Of a stretch of 64,000 bases of DNA, positions 36,481 through 49,852 are shown piece after piece. Made by a program: the position numbers and the translations under genes. The notes beneath the pieces were generated by a model, which worked only from the letters and a program-made list of their open reading frames with translations, was not told the origin of the DNA and made no database searches. How positions within the stretch are numbered: position 1 is the stretch's first letter; each line of letters starts with the position of its first letter. The DNA comes from Callorhinchus milii (Eukaryota), in the NCBI RefSeq assembly GCF_018977255.1, contig NW_024704742.1, positions 84,074,001 through 84,138,000 on the forward strand, written 5' to 3'.

Positions 36481-38837
36481 AGTGAATTTAATTTACCAGT
36501 AATGTATTACCAATTTCCACGTGTAGACTTACGCTTGACTCCTAGTGTATTTACCGATGCCCACAGCTTCCTGCCTTACCGGTCAGGTGGCGTTGGGAAA
36601 TGCACTAGGAATTTATTGGGAATCTACACACAGTTCTGCAATTTGTGGAGAGAAAAGTGGAAAGTCTGACAAACGGAGCATTGGTGTAGTCTAGCTTGGA
36701 TGTAACAAATGCATTGATAAGGATCTTGGGGGCTTGGGGGGAGAGGTAGTGATGGAGGAAAGGGAATGCTGAATGGGTCAGAGGATGGATGTCAGGTTTA
36801 AAGGATGGTTGGCTCATGTCATTAGGAAAGGTGCAGAGTAGAAGCTTTTGCAGCAAGAAGCAAGGGGAAACTTGGAATATGAAGTATAGAGGGTGAAATT
36901 TTGCAGATGTGGCTATTACTTCAAGTCTCTGCTGGACCTGGAAGAAGAATGCCTACCTATCTTTTGTAAAATTATGTATGTTATAGGATGGGGGAGGGGG
37001 GGAACCATGTTTACCCTGAAAATCAGTCCCTGGCTCTACAAAGTTCTGAAGTGTTTTCTAAATCAGGATGTACTTATATCACACCTTTGAATGTATAGCA
37101 GAGTGACATCTACTGGTAACTGTCTGCACATAGAAAGTATTCCATGTACATATTTCTTGTTGGGTACAGTTTCTATTGAGGTAGAAAATGCAAAAAGGAT
37201 TGTGTTTTCAAAAAGTTCAAAAGTTGACAAAGACACAGTATTAATTTGTTTCCCATCAACCAAGGTTTTAACTTGTGGATCCAGCTAACATCTGCTTTGT
37301 CCATCCTATCTTGTCTCAGCAGAATGATCACCTACTGAAGAACATTGATTACAGATCCAAACCATTGCCAAATGTCCTAACATAAGTCAGTAGTTGGACC
37401 TGTTCCAATATTTTATTATCAATAATAATAATAATCCTTGCATTTGAGATATTAATGTAACAAATTACCCAATGCCTTTATCTGAGTGGGGATTTTTTAT
37501 TAACATGTGAAGATATTTCCAGTTTGAGAATATATTTCTTTGGAATCTATTTAGTTCCCACTTTACAGCATTTCTAAGAACAATGTGTTAAGTTCTTATA
37601 GGGAGTGGGTGCAATAGGAAGTATATACAAAAGGACCAGGTTTGCACAGTCTAGATTGGGGAACGACAGCAGCACACACATCACAGAAAACAAATTGCCA
37701 TGTGAAACACCCAGCAGGGGCTTGCATATCCAGTTTTGTACAAGTGAACTTTTGCTTTACAATCTCCATGGAATGTGTTTTTCTTTATACAACTGTGTAT
37801 GTTCTGAAGAGACCTTTTGTCAGCTTGTATTGTTTTGTTTGGATGCAGAACAGAAGTGCTGTCGCAATGCCTCAAAGCACTGGTGTGTTGCATTGCAATG
37901 TTGGGTTTCTTTCAAATCAATAGCCCCGAAATGTTTTGAGTTGAAGGGAGAAGATGTATGCGCAAAAGCACTCTAAGGGCACGCTAGAATAGTTTGGACC
38001 ACAATTGAAGAAAAAGTTGCACTCCAACTATGTGAGCCATTGCACTCCAACTATGTGAGGGTTTTGCCTCCTATACAGAAGATTTATTTATGTTCCTGAA
38101 GTGATAAATGGACAGTTTGTTTGCTTCATGCCCTTTTATTGTTATTTTAAGGAAAAACAAACATTACAGAAATTGACAAGAGAAAGTCGCTCATCACAGT
38201 CACTGGAAATCTAAAGCATTTTTAGAGTTGTTGAGATGTCCAGCTTATGCTGTGACAAATTGAAGAACCATTCTCATCATGCCTATTTATAGAAGAAACC
38301 AAGCTTCTGGTGAAAGCATAATTTATCCTGTTTGCAGGGAAAATCCAAAGAAAATATTTTCTCTCTTCATTTAAGAGGCTCTCTCACTACCTTGTTATCC
38401 TTATGCACCAAAGGGCCAACTGGTCGAATGGCCTTCTTCTGTTCTGCAAACTCTACCAACACATCGTTGCCCAAACCAAACTCCGCATTCCCATTAGTGA
38501 TCCCTCGCCAGGCTTCACTGTCTCCCGGTGTACCAATCATGGTCTTCACCCTCATCTGTAAATCCCTTTAAGCCATAACACCCTCATTACCTTTCTTGAG
38601 GCTTGGCTAACTGGTTGGCTGGGTGTCCTCTAGCCCCCTCCATGATACAATCAGTGGTCCAACCGTCAGATATTAAACACATAACATATGGAACTTCCTT
38701 GGTCTTGCCCTCGCTCACCTTAAAATCCACCTCTTCAAGTACGACTGTCAAACCCTCCTCTCCATTGCTCACTGTCATTGTAAAGAACTCTGAAAGGTTA
38801 TCTTGCATGAAGGGCTTTACAAAAATACAAATTATTG

Positions 38838-39210
38838 TTTTTTTTGGTGATCCAGGTGTTTGACATACGCGTAAACCCATCACCATGATTAAGAGTATCC
38901 AAACCAAACTGAGAATTCCATGCATCCCAACTACACATGGAAACCCAGAGAGAGATTGTTGGAATGGAATATGCACTCTTTCCCTGGAGGGACCCATCCT
39001 GCTTACCTAATTTCAGAAAGTATAAGGCGCAGGTTGAGAAGAGCCAAGGCTTAGGGAACCCAGAGTATGTGTTGGGTACTGCTGGAGTCTAACCAACTAA
39101 AACAGCACAGCTTGCCATTGATATCACCGCTTATCAGCTAGGACCACCCGAGCCATTTGGGGGTTGGTTGCATGGTTGACAGAAGCTGAGTGGGACAATT
39201 TCCTGCCACG
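38838..39210 (-). repeat. Family U copy
   Basis: ttttttttggtgatccaggtgtttgacatacgcgtaaacccatcacc... Confidence 0.85.
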
Positions 39211-39907
39211 GGAATCATCAAGTTCTTGTAAACATCTAGAATCTGGTGAGAAAGGCTGTCAATGATACCTGATGAAATCAGCTCAGGGTATTGCAGCTAT
39301 GGGGTAGAAAAACATACACGGATAAATTTATTGCTGGTAAAATAGTAATCCTGCTATTGGAAAACAGCAGACATGAATGGTCTTGTGCTGTTGAGTGTTG
39401 TAATATGCTATTAGATGTGTATCAATTATCTTACCTTGCTGGCCATTTGATCTGTGTTTTCAGTTAAATTTATTTTTTGTTGGAAATGAATTGAAAATAA
39501 TTGTTAGTAGAGCACATTTGCGTTCTCCAGTGGATTTAGGCTGGCACTCCAATGCAGTTTAGGAGAGCACTGTGCTGTCCTTCGGTTTAGACAATAAAGT
39601 GCTTCAGTCAACACTATTTGACTGCTTGGTACAATACAATTTACACTTTTATACCACCCCCCCACCCACCCCTCAGCTCTCACACCCAGCCTGAACTGTC
39701 AAGCACTTTGGGACATCCTACATCAGCTGAGGGAACACTTCTGGTATGGATGAAGGAGGTTACAGAGGTAGGGTGGGGTGAGACTATGGAGGGATTTAGA
39801 TGTGAAATGTTCAAAAAGAAATTACTGCTTGTATGACATGGTGTGACAATAGTTGGATATGCAGTGCTTTAGCATTTTAACATAAGTCAGGACATCCTGT
39901 GCAAGTA

Positions 39908-40291
39908 CAGTAAAACTTGCATAAGTTTTTATAAATTGTGTGATCGCCTAACTTGTACATTCACCCTAGCCCATTAAGTTTCCTGTTAAAACCACTTAGG
40001 TTTCTTTGCACTAGTTGTATTTATCACCTCCTAACTCATAACGACACTCCTGCATCCTGCATTATCCCCCACACTTACCAGCTACATTGAATTGCAGGAG
40101 CCGTAGACTTGATTTGTCGACGCATGCGCAGAAACACTTCATTTCCCTCAATTCCAATGCTTGCGGCAAGTGCGCATGGGACGACATATTGGATTTTATA
40201 CAAATTATACAGTTTGCCTGCACCTTGGACTTTGCGTAAGTCATATTAAATGTTATGGTCCCGACTGATAAGACATAGGTGAGTTTTACTG
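39908..40291. mobile_element. Tc1/mariner-pogo (Tigger-like) MITE, about 384 bp
   Basis: TA|CAGTAAAACTTGCATAAGTTTT ... AAGACATAGGTGAGTTTTACTG|TA: perfect 10-bp TIR extending imperfectly to about 22 bp, with TA duplication. Confidence 0.75.
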
Positions 40292-40854
40292 TAGTGTGTT
40301 AATTTTATACTGGTATCCCTGCAGGAAATATCTCCAAAGTGGCAAACTTGTTATAATTTTCATTGCATGTGACATGAGCTCAGACAGCCTAGATGGACGT
40401 GAATCACAAAAATAGCTTCATGATTGGTTGAGGGAGGGAAAAAAATATATAATTAAACAGATAAACTTTTAACCTTTTTTTAGGATGGAATGGGGAGACG
40501 ATCAAAGCATTAGTTTGGGTTGCACAAAAACATTTTTTTAAATACGTCTTCCCAACACACAAATGGGTGTAACTCAACCAAGGAAATGAAGAGGCACAAA
40601 TCAGATAGGGCGTGAAACTGCTACATATGCACAGCAGCTTTTCTATGCACAGATGTCTAGTTAGAACATCTTCGACTGAGTTCATTTTGGAGCCTTTCTG
40701 GGATGCTAGGATCAGATGTCGTGTGAGTGATTTCACTCCAAGAGTGGTTTACCAGTACTCTGGCACATCAAACTAACTTTGTAGTAAAAACAGATTATTT
40801 TCTAGATAATAATAATTATTTTCTAGATAATAATAATATTATTATCAAAGACTA

Positions 40855-41550
40855 GATAGTGTTAATGTTCAGAGGGATTTGGGTGTCCTTGTACACCAGT
40901 CACAAAAAGTTAGTTTGCAGGTACAGCAAGCAACTAGGAAGGCTAATGGCATGTTGGCGTTTATTGCAAAAGGGTTAGAATACAAGAGTAGGGAAGTCTT
41001 GTTACAACTGTATAGGGCCTTGGTGAGACCACACCTAGAATATTGTGTGCAGTTTTGGTCTTCTTATTCAAGAAAGGACTTACTCGCCTTAGAGGGGGTG
41101 CAGCGTAAGTTCACTCGGTTAGTTCCTGGGATGAGGGGGTTGACCTATGAGGATAGGTTGAGCAAACTAGGCGAATATAGAAGAATTAGGGGTGATCTTA
41201 TGGAAACATATAAGATTCTTATGGGGCTTGACAGAGTAGATAGTGTGAGTCTGTTTCCCCTGGTAGGAGAATCTAGAACTAGGGGTCACAGTCTTAAGAT
41301 TAAGGGTCAGCCTTTTCGAACAGAGTTGAGGAACCACTTATTCACTCAGAGGGTAGTGAATTTATGGAATTCTCTACCACAGAAGGCTGTAGATACTCAG
41401 TCCTTGAACATATTCAAGGCTGAGATATGGGGATAAGGCGGGCAGATGGAGTTAGGTTAGAAGATCAACCATGATCTTATTGAATGGCGGAGCAGGCTTG
41501 AGGGGCTGAATGCCTACTCCTGCTCCTAATTCCTATGTTCCCATGTTCCT
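40855..41550 (+). mobile_element. CR1 LINE 3' fragment (second subfamily)
   Basis: ORF 40879-41436: KANGMLAFIAKGLEYKSREVLLQLYRALVRPHLEYCVQFWS...RTRGHSLKI...FTQRVVNLWNSLP; tail tcctatgttcccatgttcc. Confidence 0.95.
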
Positions 41551-42362
41551 TTGTCACATTTCTTCATGCTGTGTCTTCTTGGGACATGATTGATCCCACT
41601 ATTAAGATCAAATCCGTATGAATGGAATTCTGGTGAATCATTAACTGTATTTGAAATGTAACATGTGGCCGTTTCCTCTGCACAAGGCACGGTTCAAATT
41701 GATCCATGTTGTTTAGTCAGGTTTTGAATTGCAATTCAAAACTTAAACTGAGATGGTGGAGATTCTTTCAGTGTCATGGCCCACTATCCTCAGATAGGTC
41801 ATTCAGTTCATGGCTGTTTGTGGGCCATTACTGTCTGAGAAATTGACTGCTGCGTTTGCCTACGAATACAGTCACTACAGTTTACAATAAAACCTGTGAA
41901 GTGCTTTTAGACATTCCCCTGATGTGAAACTAATATTAAATGCAAGGTGTATTTAAGATTATTTAACTAAGATTATTTATAGCTACATTCTTGAGTAGAA
42001 CATAGAAATTTACAGCACAGAAAGAAGCCATTCGGACCATCGTGCCTTTTTGGGGGTTTTCGGTCCCATTTACCTGCCCTTTCCCCATACCCTACAGCTA
42101 ACTCTTTAGAGTAGTTCATCAATGCTCATTTCCAGCTTTGCACATCAATAATGGTGTCTTTGCTCAGACCTTAAATGTGTACCGCACCAGGAAAAGATCA
42201 CACTAAGTTCTGTGACCCTCTGTGGCGATCTCAATTGTCCAGTTACTGAGCTGCATGGATCTGCAGTACTCCAGGTTCTGCTGATGACAAACCAGCCAAG
42301 CTGGCTCATCGGTAGGACTTGGAGAGACAAACCGGTCACCGAGGGCAAGAATTCTTCCCACT

Positions 42363-42645
42363 CCATAGAACAATAGACATTTACAGCACAGAAGAAGGTC
42401 ATTTGGCCTGTCGTGTCTATGCTGGGTATTTTAAAGAGCAATCCTTTCAATCCCACTTGCCTGCCTTTTTCCCTTACCCTGGTCGTTTAGCCCTTTTTAG
42501 ATATCCATCGAGTTCTCCTTTTGAATGCTTATATGGATTCTGCCTCATCCACTGTTCCTGGCAGGACATTCCATATCCTAACTGCTCTGTGTGTGAAAGA
42601 ATTTCTCCGAACTTCCCCATTTACTCATTTGCTATCTTAAATTAA
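42363..42645 (-). mobile_element. Old CR1 3' end
   Basis: catagaacaatagacatttacagcacagaagaaggtcatt tail; a similar short tail lies at 41995-42125. Confidence 0.75.
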
Positions 42646-42684
42646 GGCGCTGGAGATAATGACTCAGCTCCTATTAAGATACGT

Positions 42685-42871
42685 AGTCCTTCCTGGGCAA
42701 GCAGCGGGAAGCTTGCCAGGCAGTGCTTTCAAAGGCAAGCTTAGAGGTTTTAGCTGGTTAAATTCCAGCAGTACCCTAACAGATACTTGGGAGACCCTAA
42801 GCCTTGGCTTTTTCCAACATGCATCTAATACTCTCTGGAATTAGATAAGCAAACCAGTACGTGGCATTCAT

Positions 42872-42932
<61 letters not shown>

Positions 42933-43020
42933 TACATGTGAGGAACTCTGTCTGGTTTGGATTCTCTTAAGTATGGTGATGAATTTTCATGTGTGTCAGA
43001 CACCAGGCTGACCAAAAAAA
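42685..43020 (+). repeat. Family U copy with an internal (TACA)n/(CA)n microsatellite (42868-42936)
   Basis: ggcaagcttagaggttttagctggtta...gtgtcagacaccaggctgaccaaaaaaa. Confidence 0.8.
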
Positions 43021-43231
43021 GGGCTCTCTTTCTAGCAATTCTGGGCATGGGGCCATTCTGCAGGCGGATGGGTGGGTGTATATGTAGTAAAACACTACAT
43101 ATCTGACTCTCTGCAACAGGCTCCAATACAGAAATCAAGTTGGGCTGCGATACAGAGAACTATTATTAGTTGCACACAAGAGTAAGGTGTTTAAGTACTG
43201 ATTTTAATGGTGTGGAACTGACTACATAAGA

Positions 43232-43392
43232 TAATAATAATCCTTGAATTTGATATGGCGCTTTTCACATCGGGAGGACGTCCCAAAGCGCTTCACGGAA
43301 CACACTGTAAAGTGAATTGACTGTATATTTGTGGGCGAACGCGGCAGCCAATTGCGCACAGCAATGTCCCACAAACAGTCATGGATTGAAAA
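43232..43392 (-). mobile_element. Young SINE 3' fragment with an L2-type hairpin loop
   Basis: cgggaggacgtcccaaagcgcttcac within the SINE tail. Confidence 0.85.
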
Positions 43393-44539
43393 GCAAGTAA
43401 GGTTTGGAAAGTGTCAGCCATGTTTTTTAGCCACTATATCTTTTTACAGATTTAGGAAGGTTACCTCAGAAGCTTCAAATGTGGAGCGGAGAAACCATGA
43501 AAGGCAACAAGGAAATTCCCAAGTTTGTGCTAATCTGAGTTTCTGACCTCCCCCAGTGTGGCAGGAGGCATGTTACAATTGACCAGAGAGCAGGAAATCA
43601 TTCTGGTACCCACTCCTGATCTCTATTTGGTAGTCCTTGTGAGAATATTGGCTCGGATCAATCAAACTGAATTGTATCCTAGTATTAGGAAAAAGTAGGA
43701 AATATGTGCTTTCAGCATTGTTTCAGAAGGAGTATAAAAGATTGAAACATATCTTTCCAAAGATGACTGCTGCTTAAAAACGGTGACAAATGAGAGCAAA
43801 GTGGTGTGCTTTGTTCAGATCACTTTCGATGCTATGGTTTAATCACATGCAGTTTAAAACAAATCTAAATGATGCATCATTTTGATGCACGTTGCCTCCA
43901 TTTTCTATCTTCTCCAGTGTTAAACCTTCAAACTACTTTTGAACAAGACAATATGATGAGGAAACGAATGGGAAGCCAGCGAAATGATGTGTTTTAAGTG
44001 CATGCAGATTTATTGCAGAAAGCCCAGGCTGTCATGCAAGACGTTTATGCGCGCCTTGCAGAAACTTTAGCCCTTTGTTCATGCATTTATTTGTGGCTGA
44101 CTTGCACACCAAGTTGTGGTGAACAATACGCCTTTGTTACTCTCTACTCCAGCAGCAGTTGGAATTAATAAAACCTATAATTTAGGGCACTCTTCTATTT
44201 CAACCTTTTACCTACAGAGAGCTCGACTGAGGGTATTGTAACTCGTATTTCTTATAATTTTATGTATATTGCATTTTTGGATGGTGAACTTCTCATTTTT
44301 CTTTAAGTTGCTGTCAATGTGGCTTCTGAATTTGATTAACTTGTAGCCCTTTAGCCGCACATTTAATGTCAGCTGAATTTTGGGTTTGATCCCAGGTGCT
44401 TTGGATGAAAGTGAACTGCTTTTCAAGAACAATGAAACGTGCACTGTGCACCATCCAGTCTTTAAAAAAATTGTACTCTCATTTTGCTTTCATTTTGAAA
44501 TGACTGAATACTGTATGTGTGGTTTTGTTTTCCTCTCCC

Positions 44540-44932
44540 CTGTTTTTTCGTCTCTCCCCACTTCATTGTTTGTAAGCATTTGACTTCTTTTTCCTTTTGC
44601 TGAGTTACACTTCCATGAGCACTCTCCTGTACTTTGCCTGAATGCCCAGCATTCATTCTTTGAACTTTCGCAGTGAGTGTTAACAAGGTGACCTTGACTG
44701 TTGGCAGGTTATTCGACCACGAGGAGCACTCGAGCTAAAACCGATCCTGGCCTCGTCCAACACCTACACACTCACCTTCCAGCGGGGTAGCTCCCTGGCT
44801 GGCTAACTGAATGCTTTTACCCTCCGTAGCCCTGGGGCTCTGAGGCTGATTGCATTAGCTGCTTCCTTAACTGGCTCAGATAGCTAGATCCGCACAAATT
44901 CAAACCTGCAATGATTGTGTATGCTCCTGCCA
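44540..44932 (-). mobile_element. Family B ancient SINE-like repeat
   Basis: gttggcaggttattcgaccacgagg...ccgatcctggcctcg...ccttccagcgggg...gccctggggctctgaggctgattg. Confidence 0.6.
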
Positions 44933-45134
44933 CTGCTCCTCGCATCCTTCAAGGCCGGTCTCAAGACCTTTCTCTTTGACCGTGCCTTTGGTCTGCCTCC
45001 CACCTCTCTGCCTTCCCTCATCCCTACACCATCCCTCCCCTAGCTCGGGCCCCGACAGCTGACTGTTCAGCGCTTTGGGACGTCATCCCGACGTGAAAGG
45101 CGCTCTATAAATGTAATTTTGTTGTTGTTGTTGT
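44933..45134 (+). mobile_element. L2 3' end
   Basis: tccttcaaggccggtctcaagacc...gacgtgaaaggcgctctataaatg followed by (TTG)n. Confidence 0.9.
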
Positions 45135-45527
45135 TTCAAACAATGCTGGGGAGACTTGGGAATTGTAGCTAGATATTGCTGCCTCCCAGTAGTCTGACAA
45201 TCCCCCCCCATCACCATTTTTCCAACCACTCTTTGCTTCTCACACAGTAATTGGATCAGGCTACTGTCATGCAGGTCAAAGTAACTTATTGAGAAACTGG
45301 ATTAGAGATTCACTGCGCTAATGTTTTCTTATGCTTGACGCCCAACTCTCAAAGTACCCTTAAGGAAGCATAAGGTTATGCTTTTGAAAAAAAANTTAAA
45401 AGCAAATATTTAAAAAGTTGAAAGTGAAGGAAAGACATGATAGGGGCTCACACAACCTCCTTGACTGGAAATTCATTGCTCTAACTCTTGCACTCTGTTA
45501 CTGTATTGGTGGAAATGCATGCCTAAG

Positions 45528-46532
45528 CCACATGTATGCGGATGACACCCAACTCTACCTTTCCTCCTCTACTCTCAACTCCACAACCACCGATGTCCTG
45601 ACAGCTGCCTGTCCGACATCGAGTCCTGGACGAGAGACAACTTTCTTCAGCTCAACGTGCGAAAAACCGAGGCCCTCCTGATTGGCTCACGTCAGCGCCT
45701 CCGCACCTCAGGCGCTGACACCATCAGCATCCAAGGCTGCACTCTCCACCTCTCAAAGCCAGTCAGGAACCTCGGCGTTTTGTTCGACCCTGAGTTGTCC
45801 TTTCTCCCTCACATCCGCATCACAACTGGCACTGCCTTCCATCACCTCCGGAACATCGCCAGACTACGGCACTACCTCACCCCTCACGCTGCTGAAACCC
45901 TGGTTCACGCCTTTGTCACCTCAAGGCTGGACTATGGGAACTCTCTCCTCGCCGGCCTTCCCGGCACCTCCCTCCACAAGCTGCAGGTCATTCAGAACTC
46001 TGCAGCTCGTGTACTGTCCCGCACCAGGCTTCGGACCACATCACTCCCACCCTCGCTCGCCTCCACTGGCTCCCCATCCCCCAGAGGATTGATTTCAAGA
46101 TCCTCATCCTCACCTACAAGGCCATTCACGGCCTTGCTCCCTCCTACCTCTCCAACCTACTATCCCCCTACCTACCTGCCCGTACCCTCCGTTCCTCTGG
46201 CTCCGGTCTGCTCCACGTCCCCCGCCCCAATCGCCCTACCATCGGTGGTCGGGCCTTCAGCCTCTCAGCCCCCAGGCTCTGGAACTCCATCCCCCAGTGC
46301 CTTCGCCGCTTCCTCCCTTTCCTCCTTCAAGGCCGGTCTCAAAACCTTTCTCTTTGACCGTGCCTTCAGCTCCCCTCTCGACTCTCTTCCCCCTCCTCGC
46401 TCCCTCCCTTCCCTCCCCTCACCCTGACCATTTCCCCCCTGCTCGGGTCATGACCCAACTGTGCAGCGCCTTGGGACGTCCTCCTGACGTGAAAGGCGCT
46501 TTATAAATGGAATCTTGTTGTTGTTGTTGTTG
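45528..46532 (+). mobile_element. Young L2, 3' 1 kb starting at the RT YADD motif
   Basis: [52 protein letters not shown]; a few frameshifts; (TTG)n tail. Confidence 0.95.
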
Positions 46533-47052
46533 TAAGGAATACCAGAGCAGAGAAACATGTACAGTAGTTAGATTCTGAGGTCTACTCAATCATGGAGCTG
46601 AATGGGAAAAGCTCTGGTGTCTTCTCTCTGGGGTAATGCTGAATTCTTGATCCAGTGTGTGTTTGGATGCTTGTACAGCAGTTTGAATTTAGACAGCCAT
46701 GCTTCATCTGATTCTTGACTGATTATTATAAAGCAGTTCTGAACACTGGAGTGAATTAATTCTTAGTACATAAACCTGTTCACCTGTTCTGTGCTCCTAT
46801 TTTTCTCTCTCCCCCCACCTCCATTAAGTGCATTATCCCACTGGCCAGTGTATTTGGTCACCAGAGTATACTGTAGGCAGTGCAAATGATGGTAATTCAT
46901 TCTGGTTAATCATTTGGATAGTAAAGACCTCTACTAAATTTGGATTTTCTTAAATTAATGAAATTGAAAAGTCTTTGAAATATTTGGCTGCAGAACACCC
47001 TGAAGGGTTGAGAGTGAGCTACTCTGGGATTGATACCAAAAATGGATTAGGA

Positions 47053-47495
47053 CAACAACAACTTGCATTTATATAGTCTCTAACGCAGGGCAGTGTCCCA
47101 GAGCGGTTGACAGTGGTGGAGCTGGAGGGAGGGGGGGTGACCATAGGTACAGTCGAAGAGGAAGGTCTTCAGCCAAGACCTGAAGATAGGGAAGGAAGGG
47201 GCAAGGCGATCGGATAGAGGAAGAGTGTTCCAGAGTTTCAGGGCTGAAAGCGCAGCCACCAATGGTGGAATGAAGAGAATGAGGTACATGCAGAAGGCTG
47301 GAGCCAGTCAAGTGGAGACAGCAGGTTGTGAGTTGGGGGGTAAGCAGGTCGGAGAGGTAGGGCGGTGTCAGGGCATGAAGGGATTTGAAAACTAGTGTGA
47401 GGATCTTGAACTCGATCTATTCGGCGATAGGAAATCAGGGGAGCCTGGTTAGAACTGGTGTAATGGGGGTACGGAGTTTAATACGGGTGAGTATT
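47053..47495 (-). mobile_element. Older L2 3' fragment
   Basis: caacaacaacttgcatttatatag tail; minus-strand LWNTLP...FRSWLKTFLF. Confidence 0.8.
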
Positions 47496-49743
47496 ATAGG
47501 AAGGTGCAGATAACTCATAACAGATCCCAACACTCTGTAACTCTTTAGTTCACTCCCAAGGCCAAGGAAGGTCAGGCATACGGCCATTAGTAGTACATTT
47601 TGTTCCACTTTACTAGCAATTTAGTGGAGATTAAAGGGAAGAGCAAATCCAATGAGCTGCTTCATAATCCTGAACACGCTAAACGTTTTCACGTATGGTC
47701 TGTTTTCAAAAAATAGTGATTTTTTTTTCTTAAGGAAATCGTGAGATTTACAATTGATGATCCGTTCAGTATGTTGTGTTCAGAGAAGGATAAAAAGGAT
47801 TGTTTTGGATCAATTCCCTAATAAATATGCTCGTGTGAGGCTCCATTTTATTTCTCAGTGGAACCAGTCCCCTGGCCCACTCCTGATTAGAATATAGGAC
47901 AGCAACTTGTTCATTTATAAAGTGTTTGTGTAGGGTAATGTTTTGGGACACTTTATAAGAACAGGATAGGACCCTGAGGGGGAGGTTGTCATAGGCACAT
48001 TCATAGAATTCGAATTTGAGATGGGACATAAAGACACAAAGAGAGGTTGGGGTGGGGTGGGGGCAGAGTCATAGAGGAAGGCAGTTGCAGAGGTTAAGGA
48101 TGAAGGAACTGAAGACTTGACCACTGATGGTGATGTGGAGATGGCAGGGGCTTGCAGCAAACTGAGTTAGCCGAAAGAAAAATGAGTATAAATAAAGAAG
48201 CTTGTTGGCAAAGGAGTTTTACAAATATAGTTCGCCCTGCAATTTTCTTGAATTGATTCCTTGTGGGGGCTGAGGGAGGGAAGAAACTGAGTATTTGTCT
48301 GTTTGGCATTCCTTGTTTTGTTTTTTGGTCTCAAACTGATGGTTTAAGTTGATCTGAAAGCTGCTGCGGTTTGTGTCGAACTGACCCTCATGTGTAAAGG
48401 AATTGATGCTGAATCCTCTGTCCTCCTGAAATGTCACAGAAGCCAAACTTTATGTTGTTCCACAAGGGACGGGTTGGTTCCGCGCAGCATCTAATGAAGC
48501 ATAAGATATGTTAATGAGGTTTCCCATTACAAGTGAAAGACGAGCACTGTGGTTTTCTGGAGTTGATGAACATTTTGCACCAGTATCCCCTGTACAACAT
48601 TTTAATTCAGTTTAGGTTTCATTTCTATTATGATTTTTTAAAAAAACAAATTCCTCTAATGACTATCTTGTGGAAAAAATGAGCTGGTAAGCCCAGCATT
48701 GGGAGAGAGCTGGATTGACCATCACTGTCAAAATGATGCAGAGTTAATAAACTGTCTGTACTGATAATGATGTGTTTCCTGGCAGAGCCAGTAAACTACA
48801 GGTTACAGTTGCATAATCATGTAAAACGTGGATTGTTATAGCTGTGACAAGAAAGGGAATAGAACATTGATGGATCTTTCTGCATGCACTGGATAAGATT
48901 TACTGGCCTCTGACTGCTGTATTTAAATACTGATGAGATGAGCAGTGTCTACTCCTGACTCTTTAAGTCATTATAAACAAATACTTGTTTGTAGGCAGTC
49001 TGTTCTTCTACTTTAACACAACGCTTATGCAAAGTGACCTCATGGAGGTAAAATATAACAATAATCATTTCATTTGATACAGAGCCTTTCATGTCAGGAG
49101 GATGTCTCAAAGCACTTCACGGAATATTTTTGTGTAGTGACGGTGTATTTTGTAAGTGATCTAAAGTATTGCAATTGTGCTATGGAGAGGTCAGTGTGGT
49201 TCCTGAGGTTTGAATCAGTCTTTCAGCTTGATGGATGGGAAAAATGTGTCACGTTCCGACCTTTATAAGAACTTAGTCATGTAATCTAGTTCTGGTCACA
49301 GTACACGCACAATCTCCAGCCTACACAATGCATTCTGTACAGTCAGCAGTAACCACACCAAAGAATTGCATACATACTGTACTGAAAGCAACTACGATGC
49401 ACTTTTAATGTATTTGTACTGCATTGTACTGCCAAGTTTTCAAAAATCTTTTCAGAAGGATCTACATTGCATATAAATGGAAGGAATTTGGAATAAGAGA
49501 GCTCAGTGCTGTTATTCAGCAATGAAACTGCTGAATGTTGCTGTGCAATGTGGGACAAAGGCACAAAGCCTTAATGAGAACATCACCTCCATAATGAGAG
49601 CCCCTTTTCAGAGATGTTGGTTTCCCCCCGAAGCACCACCACCCAATTGAAACTGATGGTGAAACAAAATCCCAAACTCTCCCTAAGGACGACACCTCAA
49701 TAATAAAAGTAAAATAGGCAAGTTATTTATATAATATAATATA

Positions 49744-49852
49744 TAATAATAATCCTTGCATTTGATATAGCGCTTTTCACGTCTTCTAGACGTCTCAAAG
49801 CGCTTCACAGAATATGCTGTAAAGTGATTTGACTGTATATTTGTGGGCGAAA
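49744..49852 (-). mobile_element. Young SINE tail fragment
   Basis: Near-consensus tail. Confidence 0.85.

Noticed and set aside
45395..45395. Single N in an A/T run
   Set aside because: Assembly ambiguity with no biological meaning; a hidden gap cannot be excluded, so the intron length is approximate.
45657..46427. 256-aa ORF and other RT-like ORFs (15192, 23141, 30486, 40879, 53357) as host genes or active LINEs
   Set aside because: They are 5'-truncated, frameshifted L2/CR1 ORF2 remnants; there is no intact endonuclease-RT frame in the window.
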